Part shown: positions 43,499 through 63,534 of the stretch, one piece after another
Position numbering within the stretch: the first letter of the stretch is position 1
Layout: each line of letters opens with the position of its first letter
Source: the human T2T-CHM13v2.0 reference genome, Homo sapiens
Assembly: GCF_009914755.1 (NCBI RefSeq)
Contig: NC_060933.1
Direction: 5' to 3' (one strand)
Length of the DNA: 64,000 nucleotides
Notes under the pieces: model-generated
The model's input: the letters and a program-made list of their open reading frames with translations, nothing else
The model's database searches: none
Told to the model about the DNA's origin: nothing
Program-made: the position numbers and the translations under genes

Positions 43499-43861
43499 AT
43501 GTCCTCCTCACCCCACTTGGGTTACAGAATTCCATACCGACCACTCATCAGCCTGATATATGGACACTCTTATCTGGCTGGGGCTCTGACACTCTATGCT
43601 GGACCAGACCACCCCCTCCACAGACATCCTTCTCACCACTTCTGGGCTCTGACATCACAGGCCAGGCTGCTTATCGCTATGAGCATTCTACTCACTCTGT
43701 GCAGACTCCAAAACCCTGAGCCACACTGTACTGCCGTCTACATGGAGACATCTTCCTCACTCCACTCAGACTGGCACTTGTGCCGGGCAGCTGTCCTCTG
43801 CAGATGCCCTCTTCTTGCATATATTTTAAATGTAGACCCAACATGAGTCCCTGGTGGATTC
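43499..43861 (+). repeat. Local duplication, copy 2 (363 bp)
   Basis: 14 substitutions and one 2-bp indel relative to copy 1. Confidence 0.95.
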
Positions 43862-44170
43862 TGTGCTGCTATAACAAAATATTGAGACTGGATAATTTAT
43901 AATGAAAAAGAAACATATTGGCTCACAGTTCTGGTGGCTGAGAAGTCCAAGATCAGGTGCTAGCATCTGGTGGGAGAGAGAGAGAGAGGGAGAGAGAGAC
44001 AAAGAGACCATGCCTGAAAGCCCCTTTATTAAGGCACTAAACCCACTCAGGAGGGTGGAGCCCCATGGGCCAAATACTTAACCAAAGATCCCACCTCCCA
44101 ACACTGTCTCAATGGCATAAATTTCAACGTAAGTTTTGATGGGGACAAATGTTCAAACCCATGGCAGCAC
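43862..44170 (-). mobile_element. MaLR LTR (MST/MLT1-like)
   Basis: tgtgctgctataacaaaat...ggctcacagttctgg...aagtccaagatc...ttcaaacccatggca. Confidence 0.7.
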
Positions 44171-44353
44171 ATGAATAAAACAGAATAGAAAAGCCAAAAA
44201 TTTTAAAAAATAAGAAAACCCAAAAATAAACTTAATGACATCTGGAAGTCTAATAAGTGGTAAATATGCCATCTCAAATCAATAGAGAAAAAGAAGACCT
44301 TCCTAATAAATAGTCCTGTCATAAATGGGTAGCCAGTGGAAGAAGATACAATC

Positions 44354-44730
44354 TGTCTTAGTCTGTTTTCCGTTGCTATAACAGAATACCTCAGACTGAG
44401 TAATTTATAAAGAAAATAAGCTTATTTAGCTCGTGATTCTGGGGGCTGGGAAGTCCAAGAGCAGGGTGCCAGCATCTGGTAAGGGCCTTCCTACTACATC
44501 ATAATATGACAGAGTGCATCACATGGCAAGAGAGCAAGAGCATGTCAACCTCTCAGGTCTCTGGTCTTCTTATAAAGCCACCAGTCCCATTATGGAGGCC
44601 CTACCCTGATGACTTTATCTAATCCTAATTATCTCCCAAAGGTCCCACATCCAAATGCCACCAATCTATAAATTTGGGAGTTACATTTCCAACACATGAA
44701 ATTAGGAGCACATGTTCAAACAAGAGCACC
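44354..44730 (-). mobile_element. MaLR LTR (MST-like)
   Basis: tgtcttagtctgttttccgttgctataacagaatacc...gttcaaacaagagca. Confidence 0.75.
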
Positions 44731-45035
44731 ATCATATCTGTTTTTCCACTTAAGATAAATTCCAATGGATCAAATATCTAATTTTTTGAAAGAAGTAAAG
44801 CTATATAAATACTAGAAGAAAATATGATGAAAATTTTCTATAATCAAGAAATTGGAAACACTTTTCTAACTCTAACTCAAAATCCAGATGCAATACAGGA
44901 AAAGACCAAAATTGGAGGTATACAAAACAACAATAACATTTTTGCATAGCAAAAGACATCATAAGCAAAATTAAAAGATAAATGACAAACCGGGAATATG
45001 ATTTCCAATTTATGTCATAGACAATGGGTTAATGT

Positions 45036-45244
45036 CCAGTAATGTGTTCTTCCCGGGAGTGGGGGTCAGGAGGATGTTATCGCATTTGCCAATTTCCATA
45101 GAGTAAATACTCCACCATAGCCAGTGTTAACTTGCCAATGTAATATCAGCTGCACTAATGCTACATCAGCGGGACTGCAAAATTCCTAAAAATTTAACAG
45201 TCAGCACTTGCAAGCTGGCACTAGCCAGCTTTAGCACACTGCTG
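45036..45244. mobile_element. MER63-like hAT MITE
   Basis: Termini ccagtaatgtg... and ...gcacactgctg. Confidence 0.45.
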
Positions 45245-45574
45245 CAAATATTCCTAATATATGATGGGCTTCTAAAGATGGAGAAGGGAAGGAAACCCAT
45301 CCTATGGAAGATAGGCAAGAGATACAAACACTTTGCAGTTCACACACACACACAAAATGAAAATAAAGGACCTTTAAATATATGAAAATGTTGAATCGTA
45401 CTACCCGTAAAATAAATGCAAATTTAAACTAAAATGAGATGCCATTTTTCAACTATCAGATTGGGAGAAAATCTCAAAGTTCAACAATATAATGTGTTTA
45501 CCAGGCGGTGAGGAAAGAGGCACTCATATTTTGCTGGTGGGAATGCAAAAAATGGTACCATCCATGAGGAGGGT

Positions 45575-48233
<2,659 letters not shown>

Positions 48234-48684
48234 CATTTTCTAAAACATTTAAAAAAGCAACTCCTGAAAGTCAAAGGCAAAATAAAACAAATGAAACTGG
48301 TTGTGTAATGACCAGTTCTATTTTTATAAATTGTGACTGCTCTCTGATTAGCTCATAGAAATCTAAGTACAGGTAGTGGCTTCCTTTGTAATGGAGGTAA
48401 CCCATGTTCTGAAGTTTTTTCTCTTGGAATTTTCTACAAATCTCACATATCTATTTTTGGCATTCCTGACAGATGTCAGATACCGTAACCTTGGCCATAA
48501 AGCATACTTCCTTGGTTAGTTTCTCTTAGCCTGAGGCATTGCTTGTCCTCTGATACAAAACATCCCCCACCATAGCACTGACTTCCCTCCAGAAATGAGA
48601 CATCACGTTATCCTATTAATGCCCCATTAATTCACAGGCTGTGGCCCATACAGGGCATTTCTATCCCAGATCCCAAGTATAATG

Positions 48685-49656
48685 TGTTAACAGAAAAAAA
48701 AAACAAGCTGTAAAATGTTTTAAAGAGGTTTAATCTGAACCAATATGTGTGACCATGGCCCCTGGAAACACAGCCGCAAAGCAGTCCTGAGGAAGTGAGC
48801 CCAAGGTAGTTGGTGACAGTTTGGTTTTAGACATTTCAAGGAGACAGGGATTACAGGTAAAGACAAACCAATACATGGAAGATATATATTGGTTTGGCCT
48901 GAAAAGGTGAGATATCTTGAAGCAGGAGCTTACAGGTCATAGGCGGACTCAGATATTCTTTAATTTGCAATTGGGCTGGGTACAGCGGCTCATGCCTATA
49001 ATCCCAGTACTTTGGGAGGCCAAAGCAGGAGGATGGCTTGAGCTCAGGAGTTCAAGACCAGCCTGGGCAATCTAGTGAGACTCCATCTCTACAAAAAATT
49101 TAAAAATTAGATTAGTGTGGTGACATGTGCCTGTAGTCCCAGCTACTCAGGAGGCTGAAATGGGAGGATCACTTGAGCCTAGGAGGTCAAGGCTGCAGTG
49201 ATCACACCACTGCACTCTAGCCTAGGTAATGAAGTGACCCCTGTCTCAAAAAAAAGAAAAAAAAAAGAAAAAGAAAAATTGGAATTGGTTAAAGGAGTAA
49301 AGGTTTGTCTAAAAATTTGAAGTCCACAGAAAGGAACATTTAAGTCAAGAAAGTCTGGGTCAGAGTGACCTGCAGGGGTTTGTGACTTAACCCTTGTCGG
49401 GCATAGCCTCAGGTCCTGTTTATAATTTGGTATCTTATTTTCACAAAGAGTCCCTCTTGTTAAGTTTCATGATCTCTATTTTAACATGAATGCTGCGCAT
49501 TTGTTGTGTCTAAACTGTAAAAGCGAGGGAGTATAATGAGGCGCGCCTGACCTCCCATCCCATCATGGCCAGGGACTCAGTTTTTCAGATTTCTCTTGGC
49601 CAAGAAAGAGTCCAATCCGTCAGCTGGGAAGCTTAGGATTTTATTTTTGGTTTACA
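48685..49656 (-). mobile_element. MER4-group ERV1 solo LTR with an Alu insertion (48974-49277)
   Basis: The minus strand starts TGTAAACCAAAAATAAAATCCTAAG and ends ...TTAACA. Confidence 0.7.
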
Positions 49657-49884
49657 AAGGTAATCATTTACTCCCATGAGGGTAATCGTCCTCCTTGAAA
49701 TTCAAGAGTTTCCTGGATCACAGGATCTGCAGTTACACACAGCTGAGTTTGACTTTCACAGGCTGAGAGACCTTGAGCAAAATCATTAACCTCTTTTAGC
49801 TTCACCAGCCTGCCTCTATGAAACAGGGGAAGGATAATACCTGCCCTATGGGGTTGTTGCAAGATTTAAATAAGATTATATATG

Positions 49885-50380
49885 TGTCAAAGGACAAAAT
49901 TACAGCAAATTTAAAGAGCTCACCTGGTTTTAATTGTGATTCTAGAGTCGGACAACACTTCATTCTGTAAAACAGAATAAGTGTTCTAGGAGCTGAGAAA
50001 GGGCTGAATTACAGACAGGGAAAGGTGAAGAAAGCAGAGGCAAAGAACGGTGTGTATCAGGCATTGCAAAGCTGCTTTCCTGTGAGGAGGAGACAGAACA
50101 ATAGAAAAATAACTGATGAGCTAACATCAGGTTACTGCAGGCTACTTCTTTTAGGTAGGAATTAAAGCAGAAGGCACTTCATTATCCTGCCAATTGAAGA
50201 TTGACCTATTTGGAAAATTGGCTATTATCTCTTTCTTCGGATTTCTAGGAAGGTCAGATAACAATTTAGTTTGGGTTTGGTGACATGGATGTGGAAATTC
50301 TTTTTAGTCTGGTCTGCTGGGGCCTAGTGCAGAAACTTAGTCTAAAACAGTGACCTCTTATAATTTTTATGTCGCATATG
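49885..50380 (-). mobile_element. ERV1-class LTR (MER31/MER67-like)
   Basis: tgtcaaaggacaaaattacagcaaattt...gggcctagtgcag; family uncertain. Confidence 0.5.
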
Positions 50381-51551
50381 TAAAATGCTAGGTATATACT
50401 GGTTGCTCCCTCTCTTTTTTTGCTCTGCTTATCTTTTCTTCTCTCCTTCCTTCCCACCATCTTTTCAATGTAGTGACAAGTGTTATTAAAAAAAAAAACA
50501 AAGCAAAGGATAATGTAAATCTGCAGACAAAAAAAAAAAGTGTCTCTTTTCAGTCAATATTTGCAACTTCCACCTCATTAAATATTCTCTCACAGTAGAA
50601 TAAGGTGGCAAAGAAATGAAGTGCAAATTAGCCTAAGGTAGCTGAGTCCTCATCCTGGTTTCATCACTAATTAGTTCTACAGACCCTGGCAAGCACTTGA
50701 CCTTTCTGATCCACGCTTGTCTCAATAGCATAATGAAGATCATGCCTGTCTCAGAGGGACAGTGAGGCTCCTGTTGTTGGCATGCCTTATCATTATGTAA
50801 ATGGAGGGCCTTGTATACAAATAATCTCTTCAGACAAATTGTGTAATATGACATTGAAATTATCCTTCTCTTTACCTCTATCCCCCATCTTTGGCTCCAG
50901 TTTTTAAAGACTGCTATTAAAAGACAAATACATTAGCACATTAAGATATTGTCACCTAGCAATAACTTTTTAAAAGTTAATTAATCATATTAGTCACAGC
51001 AGACAGCAGAGCCACTATGCTTTGGGCACAGGGAGGTTGGGATTTGGATGGGATGGGAAAGGAATCCAGAATAATCTGGCTCTTGGCTCATGATGCTCTC
51101 AAAGAAAACTCCTGTACAGAAAGTGGGGAAAGGAGCCTCCAGACAAACCCTGCCCTCTTTGCAGTTTTGCTTCAGGCTTGTAATTCACTTTTCCTGAGAA
51201 TGGCATGGAATTTGTGGATAAGCAGGTGAAAAACCATTCTTATCAAGTGTGGAGGGAAAAGAAAAGGTTTTGTTTGTTTGTTTGTTTGTTTGTTTTAAGA
51301 CAGTCTTGCTCTGTCACCCCGCTCAGTGCAAACATGGCTCACTGCAGCCTCAACCTCCTGGGCTCAAGTGATCCTCTCACCTCAGTCTCTCCAGTACCTG
51401 GGACCACAGGTGCCTGATACCACACCCAGCTAATTTCTAATTTAGTAGCGGTGGGGTCTTGACATGTTGCCCAGGCTGGTCTCAAACTCCTGAGCTCAAA
51501 CAATCTGCCTGCCTTGGCCTCCCAAAGTGTTGCGATTACAGGCGCAAGTCA

Positions 51552-51995
51552 CTGATAAAAGATAAATTTTTAATCTGAGAAATATGAACCCCTTTACATT
51601 ATCAGGCCCAGAGAGGCGTTGGGATGTAACTGCAGTCACATCTCACTCCTTCTCGAGCTGAATAATGATCTCTTGAAGTCTCTTGCTATGAAGACTCTAG
51701 ACTAACTGATGCCAATTAGCCATGAAATGCCATACACCCTATAGTTCAACAAAGTCTAGCCAATCACTAATCAGTGTTATTTCTGTAAGCCAATGAGAAA
51801 TCCTAATGATCAATTTTGTAATTGCCCCCTCTCCTGATTCGTCTTATATTCTTTAAACATTCGAGGCTCTCTTTTTGTTCTTGGGAGCACTCTCCAAGGC
51901 AACTGGAAAGTGTGTCCCAGGCTGCAGTTCTCAACCTTGACCCCAGTAAACTCTCTATATTAATTTCGCCTCAGCTTCTTCCTTTTAGGTCCACA
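51552..51995 (+). mobile_element. ERV1-class solo LTR
   Basis: TG start, tatcaggcccagagagg, CCAAT boxes, AGTAAA poly(A) signal, ends ttttaggtccaca. Confidence 0.6.
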
Positions 51996-52059
51996 GAAGC
52001 GTCAATTGGCAAGAAAAAAAAAGAAAAGAAAAGAAAAAGAAAAGTAATTAACTCTGTTA

Positions 52060-52341
<282 letters not shown>

Positions 52342-52593
52342 TCAAAAAAAAAAAAAAATCATCTGGCCTAAATATCTTGGCTGGAGTCTCCTGCAGGAAA
52401 GACCCACTGTGACTAATGGAGTCCCGAAGTGGGCATAGAAGGTCATGGTTGAGAATTCTAAGCTGCTGTGAAGATGCCAGGCCCAGTTTTATGACTTCCC
52501 TCTGGTTCTATGCCACCCTCCCCTCAAGGTCCCCTCCCTGAGATGCCTGAGGCTCGGACCCCACCAGGGATGAAGGCTGCCGCCAGCGTGTGT

Positions 52594-52626
52594 TGCAGTT
52601 CCTGCGCCGCACAGAAGGGGGCGCCA
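52594..52626 (+). promoter_or_regulatory. CTCF motif with upstream module
   Basis: TGCAGTTCC-N5-CGCACAGAAGGGGGCGCCA within a small CpG-containing unique patch. Confidence 0.55.
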
Positions 52627-53564
52627 TTCCTGCATTATTTCTCCCGACCTAACTCCGGTAACGCAGCTCCTAGTTGTAGGGCCTATCTTATATTCGTTTT
52701 ACAGTGTTTATTTTTTTTCTTTTTTCTTTTCTTCTTTTCTTTTCTTTTTTTTTTTTGAGACGGAGTCTCTGTCACGCAGGCTGTAGTGCAGTGGCGCGAT
52801 GTCGGCTCACTGCCTTAGCCTCCCAAGTAGCTGGGATAACAGGTGCATGCCACCACACCTGGCTAATTATTGTGTTTTTAGTAGGGACGGGGTTTCAACA
52901 TGTTGGCCAGGCTGGTCTCGAACTCCTGACCTCAAGTGATCCACTCACCACCACCTCCCAAAGTGCTGGGATTACAGGCGTGAGCCATCGCTCCTGGCAC
53001 ATTTCACAGTTTCGAGAGCACTGTCTCATTTCACCCTTTAGACCAACCACGCAATGATTAAGGGCAGGCTCTATTATCCCTGTTCTACAGACAGAAAACA
53101 GAGACAGCCAGCTTAAGCGACAGTGTCAGACAATTCGGTAATTCGTTTGGTTCCTGACCAGTGCTTTTCCCACTCCGCTGTCCAGCATAAAACAGGGTTG
53201 TCAAGGACAACTGGGAAATGAACACAGACCCCAGAACTCCCTGACAAAAGGAGAGAAGACAGACTCCCTTATCCATGCCACACGATAGATGGCCTTGGGT
53301 ACACTGCTTCTCTCGGGAGGTTTAGAAATCAAATTGAGTCTGCTCCTAGGTTCCAAACACAATTAAATTTAGCTTTGTTGGGTCATTCTGTGGTCAGGCT
53401 GTAAGTTCAGCTTGGTCAAGGGGAAGGAAGGGAATAAGCAGAAGCTGTGGGTTGGGCACCTGTCCTTTTGCCTACTCAGTGCCGCTCTTCTTGTGGACAT
53501 AAAGACACCCATGTAACCCCTCATGGCTACAAGCTGGGAAAACTCTAAAATGATTGCTCTTTCA

Positions 53565-53797
53565 AAATTTTTTAACTGACAAATAAAAATTGTATATATT
53601 TATGGTGTCCCACATGATATTTGATATACGTCCACATTGTGGAATGGCAAAATCAATCTAATTAACATATACATTACCTCACATTTCTTTTTGTGTGTGG
53701 TGAGAACACTTAAAATCCACTCTCTTAGCAATTTTCTAGTATACAATACATTGTTACTAACTACAGTCTCCATGGATCTCTTGAACTTCTTCCTCCT
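53565..53797 (-). mobile_element. L1MA-type 3' end
   Basis: aattgtatatatttatggtgt...gtggtgagaacacttaaaatc...gatctcttgaactt. Confidence 0.75.
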
Positions 53798-53801
53798 GTG
53801 A

Positions 53802-54089
<288 letters not shown>

Positions 54090-54183
54090 TGATCACCCAA
54101 GCCGGATGTCCTGCACCCTCAGCATTGCTGCCAAGAGAGATCTTCCAAAAATGCAGATCTTCTCAAGTCATTCTCCTGCTTAA

Positions 54184-54534
<351 letters not shown>

Positions 54535-55104
54535 TGAGCCACTGTCCCTGGCCCCAGGCCCTTCATTTTCTGACACTGCCACATTCTCCTTCCTTCCAGC
54601 CTCCCACACTGCTCTCAGGGCCCATGGAGTTTCATGCCCTCTTAACTTCCATATTTTATGCCCTATGTATGATTCCCCTGCTCCCCTTCTTCATCTCACC
54701 AACTTTTATTCATCTAGAGTCTTACCTTCTGGGAAGCCTTCTCTATTCTTTTCCTTAGTCTGATTAGGCATCCCTTCTCTGTGTCCCTAGCAGACCTGTT
54801 CATACTTTGTGGCATTTGCCAGATTACATTGCAGTAACAATTCCAGACTGCAAATTCCAGTCTGCTTCTCCATCTTTAGTTCCTCTCAACATGTGATTTG
54901 TGAACTCCTTGTTTCAGAATCACCTGAGGAGTTTAAACACAAGCTCCTGGGACATACCCCAGACCCACCAACTCCGAGTCTTTGCAGGGCAGAGCCTAGG
55001 AGTCTGCATTTTAAAACTTTCTCAGCCAGGGGCGATGGCTCATGCCTGCAATCCCAGCACTTTGGGAGGCCTATACGGGCAGATTGCTTGAGTCCGGGGG
55101 TTCA

Positions 55105-55524
<420 letters not shown>

Positions 55525-55815
55525 TCAGGAGACCGAGACCACCCTGGCTAACACGGTGAAACCCCGTCTCTACTATAAATACAAAAAATTAGCTGGGCGT
55601 GGTGGCACACGCCTGTAGTCCCAGATACTCAGGAACCTGAGGCAGGAGACTCGCTTGAACCCGGGAGGCGGTGGTTGCAGGGAGCCGAGATCATGCCACT
55701 GCACTCCAGCCTTGGCGACAGAGCGAGACTCCATCACACACACACACACACAAAAAGGTGAAATGAGCAGCATAACGTTGGAATGACAGGTGACTATTTC
55801 CTGCCAAGATTCCAG

Positions 55816-55834
55816 TTGCCATCAGGTGGCGCTG
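55816..55834 (+). promoter_or_regulatory. Strong CTCF core motif
   Basis: TTGCCATCAGGTGGCGCTG versus consensus TGGCCACCAGGGGGCGCTA. Confidence 0.65.
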
Positions 55835-57084
55835 TGTCAACAACAAATGCTTTTACCTGAAGCGAGGAGGAAGTTTGGTTGATTTACTCGAATTCAAGCC
55901 TCAAATACTACATAACTGAATTTATTTTTTCTTACTCCGTTTGTTTGCAATTGTCCCACTTGTATGAATACATTGATTTTTTTTTCTCACCTGGCCCAGA
56001 ACAAAGCTGAGTAAATTGATTTCTTAAGGCATGAAGCCTTAGACAAGAAAAGCCGTGGAAGGAGGCTGGTGGCAGCAGACAGCTGGGCAGGTCATGAAGG
56101 TCAGGGGAAGGAAATTAGCAATTACCCTTATTTCCATCTTCAGTGAGGAAAACCTGCTCCCCACCAGCACTGCCTGTTGTGAAATTACCCAAGCATTCAA
56201 ATGAATATGTCATTTCGCGAGGGTGGAGCCATCCTGTAATTTCTGTCATCCAGTTCCCTTTACGGGTTGTTAAATGCCTACGTGAGTAACCCTTGAATGT
56301 CGTTGCTCTCACAAACCAAAGTCTGGAAGCCCGAGTCTTTCTTCTGGGTTGAGTACTTTATTCTTCTGAGGTGTGGGAACTGAGGCACAGCAAAGGCCTG
56401 AGGCCCCACGGGCAACTCTTTCTCCCCCTCCTCCCTCCCCTCCGCGCAGGGCATCCCCGTGCACAGAACTGATAGAGCTGGCCTGGCTACTGGCAGACTA
56501 TCAGGCCAGGCCAGAGCTGGAGGCTGAGCTGGTTTCCTCCGGGCAGGACAGAGCTTTCAGGCAGCGACCTCCTGGGAGGAAGGCAGGGGGAAGGTTTGCA
56601 GCCTTCCCTACTCTGGGCAGACAGAGGAATGTGGTGGACAGGAAAAAGGGGGAGGAGGCAGGACCTCTACTCTCAGCATAGACCCAGTCTCACTGAAGAG
56701 GCACTCTTTAAAGGCATCACAGAGTTTAAGAATAGTGCATGGTAGAAATAACTCTTAATTTCTGAATGACCAAGTATAAATGAAATGGAAGTGCTTAAAA
56801 GTAATAAGAGAAAAGCTATATAGTTCCTCTTTTCCTTCCTTGAAAAATCAGGTGCAAAAGTCATCAGGTGCAGGGTCGAGCAAGATAGGCAGCTATGAGT
56901 GGGGTGGAGGTGAGCTGTGGTGGCCGGAACCTGACCAGGATCAGAAAGCATACATTCAGGGGCAAGTCCAGGCCAGAGTGTCAGAACCCAATTGTGGTGA
57001 GGGGTGTCCCGGCAGAGAGGCAGTCTGCCACAGGGTGTTGGAGTCCCAGTGGGGAGAGAAAGGTATCTCCAAGGACATGTATGT

Positions 57085-59705
<2,621 letters not shown>

Positions 59706-60919
59706 CACTGTTAAGAAAATAAAGAGAAAGAAAGAGTAGGCCGTTGGTTGGATGAGAATTGAAGAAGCATGGAGAGGTGAGACTTGAGTTTGTCAGAAAG
59801 AAGCAGAAGCATTTCTGGTGTGTGGGGAGCACCCTGGGAAGAAGCCCCAAAAGAGGAAGAAGAATGGCGGGAATTGGGAGGAAAGTTACCCCTGCTCACC
59901 TGGCACAAATGGCTTGTGTTAGAAAGAGAGTAACCATGTAATTTATCTTGCAAACGGATGCACTTTTGATAATGAAAGAGAGCACTATTAATAATTACAT
60001 TTGGTCTTTGGTGTGACCTCTTAAGAAAAAACAAAAATATATAAAGAGAAAAATAAAAGAAATAAAACTACTTTTAAAAATTACATTCTGACATGAGCAC
60101 AGCATGACTATTTGGAGAACTGCCCTTAGCAAACTGGGATGTGTGACTCCAGCTAGAATTCAACAAGACATCAGGTCATTTAGGGGAAATGGAACCAAAT
60201 TGTAGAAGTTTGAAAATGGTCTTGCCTTCTGATCAGTAGTGAATAAATACATAAATAAAATAAAATAAAATAAAAATGGTCAAACCCCATGAGCTTTTGT
60301 ATGTTCTCCTCTTTACTTGACCTCACAGTGGCTTTTGGTACAATCATTTTCAATGTACTCTTTTCTTGTCTTCAGTGACCCCATATTATCCTAGTTTTCC
60401 TCTCCTTACCCCAGCATTTCTCAGCTTGCTCCACCTATCTATATCCGTCTTCCCCTATTCAATCTCAGATGGTTTAGTTCTCCAGGGATCCATTCTGGAC
60501 CCTCTTCTCTTTTGTCTCTATAATCTTTACCTGTTGGTTTAAAAAAATTATTTATTTTTATATTATGTTTACTGGTTTGATTTTTTTTTAAATAGAGAAC
60601 TAGCTCTAATGGTTTGTTTAATTAATTAACTAATTAATTTATAGAGAACAGGTTTCACAATCTTGCTCAGGCTTGTCTTGACTCTTGAGCTCAAGCAATC
60701 CCCCTGTCTCGGCCTCCCAAAGTGCTGGGATTATAGGTGTGAGCCACCACACTTGGCCCTACTACCCTTTGATTTAATGTTCTGTGCTGATTCCCAAATA
60801 TGTGTCTCCAGCCTCTCTCTCATCCGACCTCCTAGCTCCAACATTTTACTGCCTACTTGACAGTGACATGTGGAGGATTCACAGGTTTCTCAAAGTTAAC
60901 ATATCAAAACTAGAGCTAG

Positions 60920-61637
60920 TGAGTTATTGGGGTGGTTGGGGTAGGGCATTGCCCACTATCTAATCCCTCTGCAGTTCTGCAGTGGGTCTAATGTATTTCA
61001 CTGTTAGACTCTTTCCTCTTGGGCCCTAATATACTCGCATCTCAGAGGGTGTTGAGGTAGTTAGTCTGCATCCTCAGGTATGATGGTTAATTTTATGTGT
61101 CACATTGACTGGGCAACAGGGTGCCCAGATATTTGGTCAAATATTATCCTGAATGTTTTGGAGAGGGTGTTTTTGGATGAGGTTAACATTTACATTGGGT
61201 ATACTGAATAAAACAGATTGCTCATTCTAACATGGGTGGGTCTCATCCAGTCAGTTGAAGGCATGAATAGAACCAAAGGCTGACCTTCTCCCAAGTAAGG
61301 GGATTCCTTTTTCTGACTACCTTCAAACTAGAACAGTAGCTTTTTCCTGCCTTTGACTCAAACTGAAGCATTAGTTCTTCCTGGCAAGTGAGCCTGCCAG
61401 CCTTTGCACAGGCACTACACCATCAGCTCTCCTGGTTCTCGGGCCTTAGGACTCAGACTGGAATTAAACCATTTGCTCTTCTGGATCTCCAGTGTATTGA
61501 CTCAGCCTCCAGATACTGGGACTTGCCAGCCTCCATAACCGCATGAGCCAATTTCTTATGATGCATCATATATACATATACACACACATACACACGTACA
61601 TATACTATATAAATAATAATAAATATATGTATTATAA

Positions 61638-61673
<36 letters not shown>

Positions 61674-63130
61674 CCTGTTGGTTCTTTTTCTGGAGGACCC
61701 TGACCAATACACTCAGGTCTCTGGTCATGGCAGGGAGCACGGTCTTGTTGGATTCTTGTTGGAGACACACAGGTCACTGATGAAGGCTGATTCTCTTTCT
61801 CAGTACAGGAGACCTGCTCTGGAAGATGCTGGTCAGGCAGTGGATAGTCAAGTCCCAGATCATCCCAGGAATCATTTTACACTTGACAATAACTCTTTGA
61901 TATCCACAGAATTGGCCCATGAGGTTGGGTGACTCAGAGGAGGTCAAGAAGTAAGCTGTCCTAGTGATGATTGAGGTAAGGAGTCTAAAGGCCAAAGTGT
62001 TCATCTTGGGTGGAGTTGGAAGTGTGGTTGGTTGTCCTCATGGTGAAGGGTCAGCCCATAGCTACCTCTGGATGGTGTCAGTGGCTAGGGTGGAAAGCAC
62101 AAAGTAGGAGTGCCTCAGGTGGCAGATGTTCCTGTCTTTGTCCAATGTCCCCTGCCCCAACCCAAGAGAAAGGGCTGCTCTGGGCCTGAGGGAGCCGTCT
62201 CTGTAAGCAGGGGAGCCGAGCTATCTCTCCTAGCTGCAGACACCTCTGATGTTCTCTGGCTGGCCTGAGCACTTGGCCTCAGAGAATGAGTTTTGCCTGA
62301 TCTGGGCAGCCTGAGTAATAATGGCAGCAATGCAGGGAGTAATCTCTCTGTCCAGAAAGTTGAGGGCCTCGCCATGGTGCCTGAGGTGAGAGTAGCGAGC
62401 CTGGGACAGGTTCTAGGGGCCACAAAATACGTCACAGTCAGGGAGGCAGATCTGCTTCAGCTTGTCCAGGGAGGGCCACCTAGGGGGGTGGGAGGAAAGC
62501 CATCCAGCCAGAAGCCCTATTCCCATGGGCAGGCCCTGGCCAACAACACTAGACAGGACAGGGTGCCAGGACTCAGCCTCAAGATGACTGTGGACCAGGG
62601 AGGGGCTGACTTCGCCTCTCTCTGCTCCTAGCAGGGAGAGCACCTCCTCCAGATGTGAGTCAGACCTACCACTTCCTGTTCGACAGAGTATTGGATGGAG
62701 AGGTGTATGGCAATGCTTCCTTCTGGATGAAATTACTTCCAAGGGACTTCTTAGAATTCCACCCTTAGAACCATGGAAAATGAGGGCTCTCCTCTTTCTA
62801 TTCCACAGGCAGTCATAAGAGAGGGTGGCCCCGCTAAACTAGGGAGTCTTCAGGAGAAATCCCCTTCTCTCTGTCCCTCCTGCCCAATAATCTGGGGAGG
62901 TATTTTGGTCACACATCTTTCTGCTCTGGAGGGTTGGAACCTCCTGTAACGCAGCAGAAGACAAATTCAATAAGCCAAGGTCAAAGCTGCTCTAAACGGG
63001 GTCCCCAGCTGGGATGAGGATCAACCACTGGCTGCTCAGAGGGTTGGGTTCTGTCTGGGAGAGCTGGGTTTAAGGGGAGGGACCGCAGGAACATGCTTCT
63101 TGTGGCTGCTACTATTGTTGTGATGGCAGA
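60920..63130 (-). pseudogene. ECM1P1: Processed pseudogene of ECM1 (extracellular matrix protein 1), interrupted by an MLT2 LTR
   Basis: Translated fragments match human ECM1: PPRWPSLDKLKQICLP ~ PPGRPSPDNLNQICLP, and SPNLMGQFCGYQRVIVKCKMIPGMI ~ [25 protein letters not shown]. The start codon has decayed to CTG GGG ACC at 63008. Intronless, with many frameshifts and stops. The gene symbol is from recollection. Confidence 0.85.
61079..61711 (+). mobile_element. MLT2-type (ERVL) solo LTR with internal (TA)/(CA)n
   Basis: Starts T(A)TGATGGTTAATTTTATGTGTCA and ends CCCTGACCAATACA. Flanked by direct repeat ctcagg (61073-61078 and 61712-61717). Confidence 0.85.
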
Positions 63131-63181
63131 GCTGGTTCTGCTCCTTATATGGTTCGTTACATCCAAAAATGGAGCCCTTGA

Positions 63182-63534
<353 letters not shown>

